Source of the DNA: Moniliella sp. 'wahieum'
Taxonomy: Eukaryota
Length of the DNA stretch: 30,621 nt
Assembly: GCA_003971905.1 (NCBI GenBank)
Contig: RSEE01000091.1
Coordinates: 248,001 to 278,621, forward strand
Reading direction: 5' to 3'
Numbering within the stretch: position 1 is the first letter of the stretch; each line of letters begins with the position of its first letter. Shown here piece after piece: positions 1 through 10,759 of the stretch. Both the position numbers and the translations under genes were made by a program. The notes under the pieces were generated by a model, which saw only the letters and a list, made by a program, of their open reading frames with translations, had not been told where the DNA came from and searched no databases.

Positions 1-455
1 GTAGGCTCGCCCCCTGTGAGGCGGATTTTGGTCACACCGCTGTGCACAAAAAGGCGGGCAAGGCGACTGAGCTCGTCGGCGGTGAGCAACTGAGCAGAAG
101 GAGTAAGCGGGACGCCGTCGGCGGGCATGCAGTACATGCAGCGCAAGTTGCATCGCTCGGTCAGGGACAGGCGGAGGTAGGTGTGAGCACGGGCATGCCG
201 GTCAATGAGCGCTGGCGCAACCGCGCGGCGGTCGATATCAGCAATGCGTTTGCGAGCGGTGCTAGCGAGGGCTTCGGCGCTGGCAGACGGAGATGTGAGA
301 GCGGAGATGGGGGCAGCGGCAAGTGAGCCGAGGCCCCGCCGTCTCGGCAAGGACGAAGACAAGGGAGAGGCCGGAGCAGCAGCCTTAGCCCTGGCTATGA
401 CCATCGCCATTGGGCCCAGTTGAGGACGCGTGGCTTGCATCGACGGCAGCACCAT
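1..455 (-). CDS. Molybdenum cofactor biosynthesis GTP 3',8-cyclase (MoaA/MOCS1A/CnxABC-type radical SAM protein); 5' part only, runs off the window
   Basis: Manual translation from ATG at 455 (absent from the ORF track): [12 protein letters not shown]...[33 protein letters not shown]...[17 protein letters not shown]. It has the radical-SAM CxxxCxxC motif and the MoaA signatures YLRxSLTERCN and IRLTGGEP. The Ala/Ser/Arg-rich N-terminus resembles a mitochondrial presequence. Confidence 0.92.
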   Translation of the reverse strand, partial: MVLPSMQATRPQLGPMAMVIARAKAAAPASPLSSSLPRRRGLGSLAAAPISALTSPSASAEALASTARKRIADIDRRAVAPALIDRHARAHTYLRLSLTERCNLRCMYCMPADGVPLTPSAQLLTADELSRLARLFVHSGVTKIRLTGGEP

Positions 456-1109
456 GATGGTGGTGAGAGGGGCCGGGCGCGCGTTGAGATGGAAGCAGGC
501 TAAGAAGGTTTGCTGTGGCGGAGTTTTTTGTTTTCGGGTTGAGATCCGAGATACCAAAATCAATATCACACCCGCACAATCTCGGGACCATGCGTACGCG
601 TAACAGCGCAACCCGCTCCGGTGAATCACATGCATCATGCATCACCGTCTGCCAACTGCGGTGATGAATATTCAATGGCCTAAACCTCTCCCCATTCGAG
701 GCCAAGCCCCAGCTGATGGATGCTACCAACTTACAGCAGCCACCGCAGAAAGAAGATATGCGTGTCCGCCACGAGGCTCACAGCGCTGATAGCAGCAGAG
801 TCCTTGCGCACGCCTGCGGATTTTTATGTGGGAGTGGAACTGTGGTGAAGAAGCAAAAAAGGTAAAATGGAGAAGAGGCTTATAGAAGACAGAATTCATA
901 TACTGACGCGCAGTAAATGGGGGAAAGAGGGGACAAAAGGGAGCCTGCCCGAAGAAAACCCAGAGAAGGGCAGAATACCAAGCAGAATCCACATGCCCGG
1001 GTAAAATGTGTTTTATGGTGGGGTCATACGATGGCTCCAACCAACGAACAAAGGAGGGGAGAGGAGCCAAAAAGGGGGGAGAGCATAGAAGCGCGATAGG
1101 TGAGGAACA

Positions 1110-4100
1110 GGGGGATCTCCTCCTCGTCGACCTCGATCCGGGGGCGAAGGAGTAAATGTCAGGGTCGCCTTCCTCGGACTTCTCATGGACGACGGTGAGG
1201 CGCTGCAAGTTGGTAAAGAAGTCTTCCAGGACCTCGTTCTTGGTCAACGGACCGGCGGCCCATACGGTTGATCCAGCCAATCTTGTTCAGCACGTAGTAC
1301 ACCACCGTGACGATGATCGTCACACCAATGGAGTACGCCCAAACGCGCACAACAGTAACCACGTCGGTCCAGTTGTGCTTGTTGTGGCGCAAGCGGGGAG
1401 TGAATGTACTCGGCAATTGGCCCGCCGAGCCAACCAAAGAGACAGAAGATCGTAGCCAACGCATCAAACCCAGAATGGCCCCGACCAGCTCCCAGGATGG
1501 GATAGTGTTCTCATCCGCCGAGCCGGAACCAAGACGAGTGACAAAGATGAGCCAGTTCTCAGTGAGCGAGACTTCGAGGAAGAGGATGAGCTGCAGGTTA
1601 CCAAAGTTTTGCACAATCCCACCGTCCGGAAGGAAAAGGGTACCACGAACAATCCACGTGCCGGCCGCAAGCAGGATGCCCAGGATGGTGGAGATGGTCC
1701 AGATCTTGGGCAGTTGCCACTCGACTGGCTCCTTGGCAGCGGGAGCGTTGTCGTAGGCAATGGCGATCGTGGCCAAGTCGGCAAAGAGGGCGATAAAGAC
1801 AATCAGGTCGGCACGGATCACCTCGTCCCGGATGCAGATCGAGAGCAAGAGGTAGATTTCAAGGTGGAGACAGAGCGAGATACGGTACTGGATGTACGCC
1901 TTCATACGGTGGAAGATCTGACGAGCAACCTTGATCGAGGTAATGATGGTCGACAGACCCTCGTCGAGGAACACCACGTCGGCTGCCGAGCGGGCAGCGT
2001 CCGATGCACCTTCGACGGCGATACCACAGTCTGCCTTCTTCAGCGACGGGGCGTCGTTCACACCGTCACCCGTCATGGCGACCAGGTGACCACGGTGCTG
2101 GAGCATCTCAACGACCTGGTACTTGTGCTCGGGGAACACCTCGGCGAACCCGTCAGCAGCCTCAATAAAGTCGTGGATGGCCGAACCAGCCAGACCGCCA
2201 GATCCAATCAGACGCTGCGAGTCGTACACCTTGGTACCAAGCGAAAGCATCTTGCACGTTTCCTTGGCAATGGCTACCGCGTCACCCGTAAGCATCTTGA
2301 CAGCAATCCCCAGGTTCTGGGCCTCGGCAATCGTCGCAGCCGTGTCACCACGAGGAGGGTCAAACATGGGCATGAGACCGAGGAGGTGCCACTCGCCATC
2401 GTTGATGGCAACACCGAGGGAACGGAAACCACGAGAGGCAAAGTCGCCCGAGACCTTGCGGTACTGGGCAGCCTGCTCAGGGTCGGGTTGGCAGAGCTTG
2501 AGGATCGCGTTGGGGGCACCCTTGGCGGCGATAAACTGCTTCCCATCCTTTTCCACCTCAGCTGTGATGCGCTTGGAAACAGGGTCAAAGGGAGTGAAAC
2601 GGTGGGTAATCCATCCGGACGCGAGCTCTTCCTGCGCACCGGGGTAGTCCTTAAGGGTGGAGATGGTGACCTTGTCAATGGGGTCGAGCGACTTGATGTT
2701 GTGGGACGAAGCGAGGGCAGCGACAGCCATCATGAAGTTCACGTCCACACCCTCCGAGGTGAAAGGCTCGTGGATAGAGAGCTTGTTGGCAGTTAGGGTA
2801 CCCGTCTTGTCCGAGCAGAGCACGTCGACACCGGCCAACGACTCAATGGCGGTGAGCTTTTGAACGATAGCCTGACGCTTGGCGAGGTAGGCAGCGCCGA
2901 CAGCCATGGTGGTGGTGGTGACGCAGGGCAGACCTACAGGAACACCGATGACAAGGAAGATCAAAGTGTAAGTGAGCAAGTTGTTCTCATGGGCTCAGCA
3001 ATGCCAGTGTGGCGGAAGAAACCCGAGATCCAGAAACCGACAACAAAAGCCATGACCAACACGAGCAACGCAGTGCCGATCGAGTCCTAACCTTTTGGAA
3101 GTGACCCTTGGAGGTACCTCCAAGGACAAGGGCAGCGGTGCGGCCCACAAACGTCTGCTTGGCAATGTCGGTCACCAGGACGTAACCCTTTCCACGCTTG
3201 CAGCCAGTGGTGTAGAAGACCGTGTCACCAATGTGCTTGTCGACGGCCAGCGACTCACCCGTAATTGCCGACTGGTCACAGGCAATAATGGCCGGGCCTT
3301 TGTCCACGCCCTCGTCATCATCCTCGTCATGAGCAGTAGCACGTGCCTTCTCAAGAATCGCAGCGGCCGCCGAACCATCCTTGTCATCATAGTCGGCCAA
3401 GAGACGGCCGTCGCAGGGAACCGTCTGACCGTCCTGAACCACGACAATGTCACCGGGCACAACCTCCCGAGCCTCAATCTCAATCTCTTGACCGTTGCGA
3501 ATTACAAAAGCGCGGAGAGCAATGCCAGCCTTGAGCTGGGCAACAATGTCGCCAGCCTGTTTCTCCTGGTACCAACCGACAAACGCATTGAGAGCCAAGA
3601 TACCGCAGATAACACCCAGGTCGATCCAGTCACGAAGACCACCAGCCAGCGCAACCGCCAACTCCATCACGTACAGAATGGGACCCTTGAAGAACCCAAG
3701 GAACTTGAGAAAGAGGTTCTCGGATGGAGCCTCCAGCTCATTGTAACCAAACTGGGCACGCCGAGTGTGGACATCCGACTCGGACAGACCCTGCTGCATC
3801 GACGTTTCCAGCCTATGAGATGCGTAAAAGCGGGTTGTCAGTAACACGATACCGAAAGAAGTGGGGATGGGGTGGGTAAAGGCAAAAGGGGGCAGGGAAC
3901 ACGTACCAGCTGGCGGGGACCTTGGCAGCAACGGTCTCCTCCTCCCCGTCTTTGTTGACGCGGATCTCACGGACCTTCCAAGGACGAGGAGCTCGCGTTT
4001 GCGGACGATGGTAACACCGTCGATTTCAGCATCGTCGGCAGAAACAGACTTTTGGGCGCGAATAAAGTCGATGAGGGCGGCATATTCGTCGTTGACGTGG

Positions 4101-4141
4101 GCGCCGTAAGCGCCCTTGGCGTAGCCTGCGTCGTCGGACAT
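1110..4141 (-). CDS. PMA1: Plasma-membrane P-type (IIIA) H+-ATPase, fungal-type; 3' end approximate, frameshifted
   Basis: ORFs 2987-4141, 1183-2979 and fragments down to ~1110 carry DQSAITGES, IGVPVGLP, CSDKTGTLT, KGAP, MLTGD, TGDGVNDAPSLKKAD, FADLATIAIAYDNA and LTENWLIF. One intron at 3813-3906. Confidence 0.95.
3813..3906 (-). other. Spliceosomal intron in H+-ATPase gene (94 nt)
   Basis: GTACGT donor, TACTGAC branch point, TAG acceptor. Splicing gives VPASW-LETSMQQGLS. Confidence 0.85.
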
Positions 4142-4259
4142 AGCGAAAGGGGGGAGGCCCGGCGGTCGGGTGGCTGGTGGAGGGAGGGGACGGAGGGGGG
4201 AAACGACAGGGAGCAGAAGGGAGGGGTATGTGGCGGAAGCGCGGGTGTGGGCGCAAGGG

Positions 4260-4268
4260 TTATATATA
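4260..4268 (-). promoter_or_regulatory. TATA box of H+-ATPase gene
   Basis: TATATATAA on the minus strand in GC-rich context, ~120 nt upstream of the ATG and followed by a pyrimidine-rich leader. Confidence 0.6.
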
Positions 4269-6946
4269 CAACCTAACGCCGAGGAGAACCACTATTAGCT
4301 CCGAAGAGCGCACAGAGGAAGAAGAGAGCCGCGCACAGGCCCCATGAGTGCCCCCACGCTCTGCCGGCGGACATTGCCTGGCGGGAGACACGGCGCCAGT
4401 ATTGCGGTCGCAGCCGAAACGCTGCTGTGGAGAAGCGAGGGGTGCAGGGCCAGGGCGCTGCCGTGCGAGCAGGCCGGAGGAGGCGCCGCCGGCCAGCAGC
4501 TCAAGCGGGAGGGGGTTCAGCTCGTGCAGCCGGCGCAGGCCGCTGAGCACGGGGGCTGTATCCGCCACCGAAGACCCTGCCGCACCGGGCAGCCGGTCTC
4601 AGATCGCAGCACAGGCGCAGACGGGGAGCAGCAGATAGGACTGCTCGTGTGCCTGCGCTTTGCATCGTCCCAGCCAGAAGGAAGGGAGTCGCTAGTTGCT
4701 AGTTGCCCCTGTCGCTGTCAGCCGCAGGACCAGTGGCTGCTCTCCTCGGTGCTGCTATAGCGGCCGCCACCACACGCCGGGTACCGGTTGGGCCTTAGAC
4801 CCTAGGCCTTAGGCCAGCTACTAGTTACTACGTATCAGTTAGGCGTCTCTGCACGAGCCAGCTCGCGCTCGCGGATCGCCCTCCCCACATACACAGACGC
4901 CGTGCAGGTCGCCTGTCAATGCTGTTCACAGCACCACAGCGCACCTCAGGATATTCCTGCTGCCCCATTGCTCCCTTGGCCCCTTTAGGGTTGCCCTTGG
5001 CCGGGCTGCTTCGGCTGGATCTGGACTGCTCCTGTCCCTTTGCCTTTGCCGGCCGGATGCATTCCCACGCCGGCCTCCCCCGACGCGCGCGTCGCTCACA
5101 AACGAGTGCTGACACGCCCTCGACCCTCCTGTCGCTGGAAGAGCCTTGGTCCGATGGCACGACTGCCTTCCTCCGTACTTCGTTCGCATAGATACGCCCC
5201 CGCCGATTGGTGCTTTCAGAGGAGACACCGTAAAACGTAGCCGTTGTGTGGAAACCACTGCAACGAAGGGCCAATAAGTATGCCTAATGCTACGCGCGTT
5301 AACGTTACGTGCTTGAGGGTCCTAGGCCCTGAGAACATCTGATGAGGGAAGGGAGGTACGTCCTTGGGCGTCTCTCCCACGGCCTGCTCACCAACGGCGA
5401 GTGGAAAAGATTTTGATATGCGCGAGAGCGAGCAATCTAGTGCGCCAAGTCTGATGTCATATGCTACAGTCTTCGTAACGCAAGCCAAACAGCCTCAAAC
5501 AAAACGATACAGGATCCACATTGAATATGGGGTGTAAGCGCGTGCGAGGCCGCAACGAACCCGCTATCTAGTACCTATCCCGGTATTTGGGCCTGCGGTC
5601 CCGGTATAGGGGAAGATAATGTGTGCATTAGGTACTAAATGTGGGTACAGGGCAAAGGCCGCACATATCATCGCAAAGCAAAATGCAACCCACATTTTCC
5701 CACATCCCCTCTTCCTGCAAAACATATACTGTTGGCGTCGTTTTGGATCGCGGCCCGACTTTGATATTCGTAACGGGGTAAGTGAGTTAAACCGGTTAAA
5801 CTGTTAAACGTTAGTAAGGTGGGTGGGGTGCAGCCACAACACTATTGTCTTTCCAGTCTGTACGCCCTCCTCGACGGATCGGCGTGCGGCATTGGGTCTT
5901 ACCGCGGCGGGAGCCGTGGGTAGCTGGTGTAATGCTGTGGCCGGGGCGTCAAAAAGAGTCGGAGTGGCAGTTTCCTTCCCATGGGAGTGTCTCGTGTGTG
6001 GGGCGGCTGCGGCCTGTTGGGCTCTCCCAGCGCCTGCTGGGACTAGACCCACATGTGGTCACCGGTCACGCGTAGTCACCAGGTTTGCTGGGACCTGATT
6101 TCTTGTTAGGCCATGTTAGGCCCATATTAGGGCTCGAGACTTGAGATCTGTGAGAGATCCAAGATCTGCCAACCGTGCAATATGACATGTTGACACGCAT
6201 GCGACAGCGCGTGCTGCGCCCCTCTCTCGGCTATAACATGTAACAAGATATAGGGCATGGACTAGCGGTCCATGTACGAGATCATCATGCCCAGGTACGT
6301 GTGTGTAGGTACGCTAATTATAAGAAAGAAGCTTATATAGCTTTAGCTTTTTAGAGAGTGTTGCGTCGGCGCCAGCACCGCGCGTCTTCGGGGCCAACAT
6401 GGTGTGGTGTGCACGACATATGGGGACTACAGACTCGGCCCACAACAGAAGACGTATATACATACAATCCTTTTCTTTGTCTACGGGTAGCCACTCTGCC
6501 CTAGCTGAGGCTGATAGACAGAGCCTGACCAGCGTATTAGTATAAGCATCAGATCAGATCGAGCGGCTCGTAGCCAGCGGCACAAGCGCCTCTCGGTGGC
6601 TTTTGTCGATACATCCGAGAGATACTATCATGTACTCAAGAACCACGGGACGAGGGAACAGCTGGCAACAGATGGCGTCTGCCACTTGGTACTAGATAAA
6701 TTGACTTTGTGTCGTCACCATGTCCCAGATGTTTTCAGGCATTGGAAGCCATTAGTGCTAGGCGTTTAGATAGAGGCTGAGGCTGAGGCCGGAGGTCCGG
6801 TCTAAGACTTGAGAAGTGGAAAGCGCACCGATGATCATATTGACCCCGGATTCAGGGTGGCATCATTATGTGGAAAGAAGGGGCAGCCACCCAACCCACA
6901 CTCTATAGCGGTGCGCGGGGCCGCACTGCAGCGTCTAACTCCACCA

Positions 6947-6954
6947 TATAAATA
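6947..6954 (+). promoter_or_regulatory. TATA box-like element with no recognisable downstream CDS
   Basis: TATAAATA followed ~90 nt later by a pyrimidine tract (7039-7059), the same layout as the H+-ATPase promoter. Confidence 0.4.
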
Positions 6955-7049
6955 AGGAAGCATCAAACCACAAACACTCTTGTCACGCGTCACGGGCGAC
7001 GGCGGATGGCCGGGCCCGGCCGACTCCGGCCGAGCCCATCTTCTCCCCT

Positions 7050-7912
7050 TGTCTCCCTTACCTGGGTTAGGTCCACTTCACGACGGAACAGTGAACTGTG
7101 GCTGGTATGAACTCCGAACGTTGAGCAAACCTATGCGCTCCGTTGTGTTTTAAACGGAGTATGCTCCCTTTGATCTAGGCACTGTGACCAGGACAAGTCC
7201 CTTTAGTGCGGTTGTGAGTCGATGATCGAGACGACCCGTACGTGGGCTTCAGAGTCCCTAATTTGATCCTACCTCACAACTATTTGGTGACTTTTTTGGT
7301 CTTGGACGCAAGTGAGCTCTAAGTGGAGCACGTTGAGCCTTCGGATCAAGACGTCAGTCTCCTGGTCCGAGCGTCTCTCGTTTTCATTGTGAGATTCTCC
7401 CCCATGCCTCGTGCCTTTTGCGTTTCTAGCCGAGGGGGGAGAACCTGCCCTTTGCCATGGGCTTGGGCATTTGCTCCGACAGTGACCGGTCAGGGTGACC
7501 GGTGGCTGGCTTCGCCGATTGTGGAGCTTCGAACCTCACATGTCACATAGCTCCGAGACTCCGCGGGCTCCGAAGACTGGTGATGCACGCGTAGCCACAT
7601 AATCCCGCGGCTTAGTGGCCTTCTCCCGTCCTGCTTCTTACCACCAACACATATCTCTCTGGTGCAATCGATCGGCTACGCTACTGTCCTATCCGCTTTA
7701 GCATCCATTGCGGCTTTCATATAGCGGCGTGGGTCCGGACGTCGGTACACATTTCGGGTTTTGCCTATTCCCGTTTTCCGGGCTGAGCGTGGGAGCATTT
7801 CCCTAAGTTGATCTGTGCTCTTTTCACCGACTCCGACACCCCAATTGAGAGGTCTGACCTCTTCGTCTCTGCTAAAGGATCTGCCATCAGCAGGGATCAA
7901 GCTCGATCAACC
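7050..7912 (+). ncRNA. Candidate structured non-coding RNA of unknown class
   Basis: No credible ORF. Several nested inverted repeats are present, some extended by G-T pairs on the + strand, and there is an upstream TATA box. No known family signature was recognised. Confidence 0.25.
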
Positions 7913-8225
7913 GTGAGTGGCTTGCCCTCCTCCAAGGGAAGACTTCTTTAAAGGGTACAACAACATGAGGGAAGAAACAGCGAACTGACCGCGAGCAAGT
8001 GATAGGCACGCGAGATACGTGAGATCCGTTAAAACAAGGGGCAATAAGAGAGGATAGAGAAGATACGCTGCGACGAGAAACGAGAGGCTAGTGCGAATCA
8101 CATAACAGAGGGCAGGTAAAATGGTATTGCAGTGGCCATAGCACGCGGCCTAATGCGAGGATCATCCGAAGCAAACAAAACATACACAACCACTACAGTC
8201 ACGGGAAAGCGTGGTCCAACGGGAC

Positions 8226-10206
8226 TCAATGGTTCAATCCTCCCTGCTGTTCAATTCGTTCCGGGAGGCGGGCGCGGAGGGTGGGCGGTTCCTGCAAAGT
8301 GTTGTTCGGCCGCTGGACATGCGCAAGGGCCGCAGCAAGGGGATGGTGTTCGTGCTTGGGGAACGAAGGGGAGGCACCGGTGGCTTCCCAAGCCGGTGGC
8401 GGGGTTTGGACCAAGTAGCCTTTCGTCTCGCCCTCCCCGCGAACTTTTTCGACCCGCAGCTCAAATTGCAAGGCGCCCGCCGGGTCCAGTCGTACGTCGC
8501 ACCAATTCCGCGCTCCGATAATGTACTTGTCATTCTGTTTCTGGCCATCCAGACCTTCCTCAAACAAGCCCAGCATCGTCTCCTTGGTTCCAATGTAGAA
8601 GAGCGAGCGGTGTTTTTTGGAGGCAAGTTTGTTGAGGATGGTGATGAGCGCCGCGGGCGGAGGGGTATTGACAATGGCCGAGGTGATCATGGCGAGCATG
8701 TGTTTCGGGTCCTTGGGCGCATCCTGGTGCGTGTAGCCATAAAACAAGCCTGCTCCCCCAGCGTGCACGTCGCCCGAGACAAAGGAGATGCGCAACGCAC
8801 GGGCAGTAGCGAGGTGCTGCAAGTGCTCGACGAGCCAGTTGCGTTCGCGCTTGTGCGGAGCGGCACACCAATGGTCCCCCAGGTCGTCGAGAAGCTCGGG
8901 ACGTTCGTCAAACGAGTTGGTAAACCCACTGCTGAATGTCTTGGCCAACATTACCACTGGGTTGTGTGAGTTGGACAGCATCTTCTCGACAAACACCATG
9001 CGTGGGTACGCCAGCGGTACACCCAGGAGTATCACAAGATGGGTGACCGAGCTAGGGAGGTTGTACAAGTTATACAGGACCTTGTGGTACGTTGCCTCGC
9101 TGACCACCGTGTTGACCGTCCGTTCAGCGCGACAGTCGAGAGAGAGGAGATACTGCTGGGGTCCCATGTAGGTGAGGAAGGAGTGACCGCGAGCACCCTT
9201 GATGAAGGAGGCGTCCACCGCACCAAAGATGATCGACTTGTTGGGGTGAGTTGCCTCGTCGGTGCCATCAACCTCGTCGACGAGGAACTGCTGGAAGAGC
9301 AGGTACCACCAGTAGCCGCGGGTACCAATGTGGTTAAAGATGGGGGTGGTGGACCATTCGGTTTCGTAGGTGCCAAAGCCATCGATCAAGTCATGATCGT
9401 CGGTCATGTTGACCATGGGGATCTGGGCAATGGCACGGCTAAATGCACCCGTGGAGAACCACTCGGTATACCATTGGATCCAAAACCGGTCTAGGCCGAT
9501 GCGGATTTCCTCGGTCAGAGGCATGGCACCCCGCTCGTGGGCATTTTTGCTGTTGTGCCAGGCTTGAAGCTCAGGCTCGCGGACCATGCGGTCACAGTAG
9601 ACTGCATCGACGGGTTAAGGTGGGCCGGGGGAGGAAGGAAGGTGGATAGGACGTACTCTGATCGCCGCCTCCATTAAGCACGTGGAAAGGGTTGCGCTCG
9701 TGCTCGCGCAGCAGGTCGTCCCACACTGGGTTGGGGCCATTGAAGTCGTCCGGATTGGCGGAGAGGGAGAAACCGTTGCAGGAGTAGGCAGCCCAGTGGA
9801 AGTTTTGCTGGGCACCGGGGACAGCAAAGGTGTAGGGACGGGTGGGGTCGACCGAGTCGGGCCGCTGCTGGGGCTTGGGGGCAACGCGGCCCGGGGAGAT
9901 CTGGTAGGAGCAAAAGGTAGGGGGGGGGCCATGGGGATCTCGAGCAGGAAGCGCCAGAAGGTCACGTCGCCAGCGGGCCCTGTGTAGTGATAGAGGGGGT
10001 GGGATGGGCGACAGCGGTGTGGCCCTGGGCGGGGTCGAGGGGCGCGTTGGGCTGGGGGCCACGGTCCAGACGAGCTCGGGGGCGAGGCCGGGGGTGGAGT
10101 GGGCATTGTCGACAGAGAGGAGGACAAAGATGCGGTAGGTGTTGCTGATGACAGTGTCGTACTTGAGCATGGGCCCAGCGGGCACCTGCAGTGTGGGTGC
10201 GGCCAT
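8226..10206 (-). CDS. PhoD-like (PhoD_2-type) metallophosphatase domain protein
   Basis: GPMLKY N-terminus, YSCNGFS, GGGDQ-IYCD (across the intron), DDHDLIDGFGTY, LDCRAERT, DDLGDHW, SGDVH and ITSAIVN, which are motifs of the fungal PhoD-related family. A probable frameshifted segment lies near 9900-10020. Confidence 0.85.
9602..9656 (-). other. Intron in PhoD-like gene (55 nt)
   Basis: GTACGT donor, TTAAC branch-like site, CAG acceptor. Splicing restores GGDQIYCD. Confidence 0.85.
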
Positions 10207-10759
10207 GGCGTCGGGGGCGGTGGCGCAGTGGGGCGGTGGAGATGCGCGATGGCTATTGAAACGAACAGGTGCGGCAGGCAGGCGGGTGCTCGTTTTCTGT
10301 TCGAGACGCCAAGCACGGCAGGCCGACAGGCGCTGGCAGTCGGCGGCTGTCAGTAGATTGTCAGCATGCGGCCGCTGCTGCACGGCGCGCGTCTCCCAGC
10401 ATGCAGCACTCTGAGCCTCAGCGCCCTCAGCGCTGCTTTTCAGAGCTGCCGTGCCGATGCAGGCCGATGCATGCTGCTACTCCGCGGGTGCCCCGAGTAC
10501 CGGTCGGCGTCACGAGCGTAACCCTACTGCTATCGGTCGTACGCTCAATCCTACGATCCCTGCGCTGCACCTTTTGCCCCACCGACAGAGTCCGTCCTTC
10601 ATTCCGCCCCTCCCTCTCTTCCGCTCTCCACCAGCTCTCAATTCTCAATCCGACGAGCAAACCACACCCAGCCGCTCAATTTTAATTACTTCTTGCCTGA
10701 GCTTCCGCGTTCGAGCCCCGTCTTCTTGCGCCCATGTCCCCCCCCCCCCTCCTGCCAGC

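Noticed and set aside
1609..2796. 395-aa + strand ORF, and similar long antisense ORFs at 3095-3844, 8211-8969, 10645-11703 and 18897-19892
   Set aside because: They are antisense shadows of real genes with GC-rich codon usage and show no protein motifs.
4260..6100. Several 60-150 aa ORFs upstream of the H+-ATPase
   Set aside because: Low-complexity Ala/Arg/Pro/Gly-rich translations overlapping in many frames, typical of GC-rich non-coding DNA.
7064..7071. GGGTTAGG (CCTAACCC on minus) as a telomerase template
   Set aside because: Only 8 nt, on the strand opposite to that favoured by the TATA box and G-T pairs, and no pseudoknot could be identified downstream.
7191..7201. GGACAAGTCCC resembling RNase MRP CR-I
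   Set aside because: No matching CR-V (AC...GGGGCT) at a suitable distance.
7057..7300. CTTACCTG resembling the U1 snRNA 5' end, with a T-rich Sm-like site near 7291
   Set aside because: It lacks the ATA prefix, a correctly placed GATCANGAAG loop I and the ATTGCAC loop II, and the T run is not preceded by A.
7676..8101. Minus-strand ORFs of 74 aa and 64 aa, one hydrophobic
   Set aside because: Non-ATG starts. The hydrophobicity follows from pyrimidine-rich sequence downstream of the PhoD stop, probably 3'UTR.
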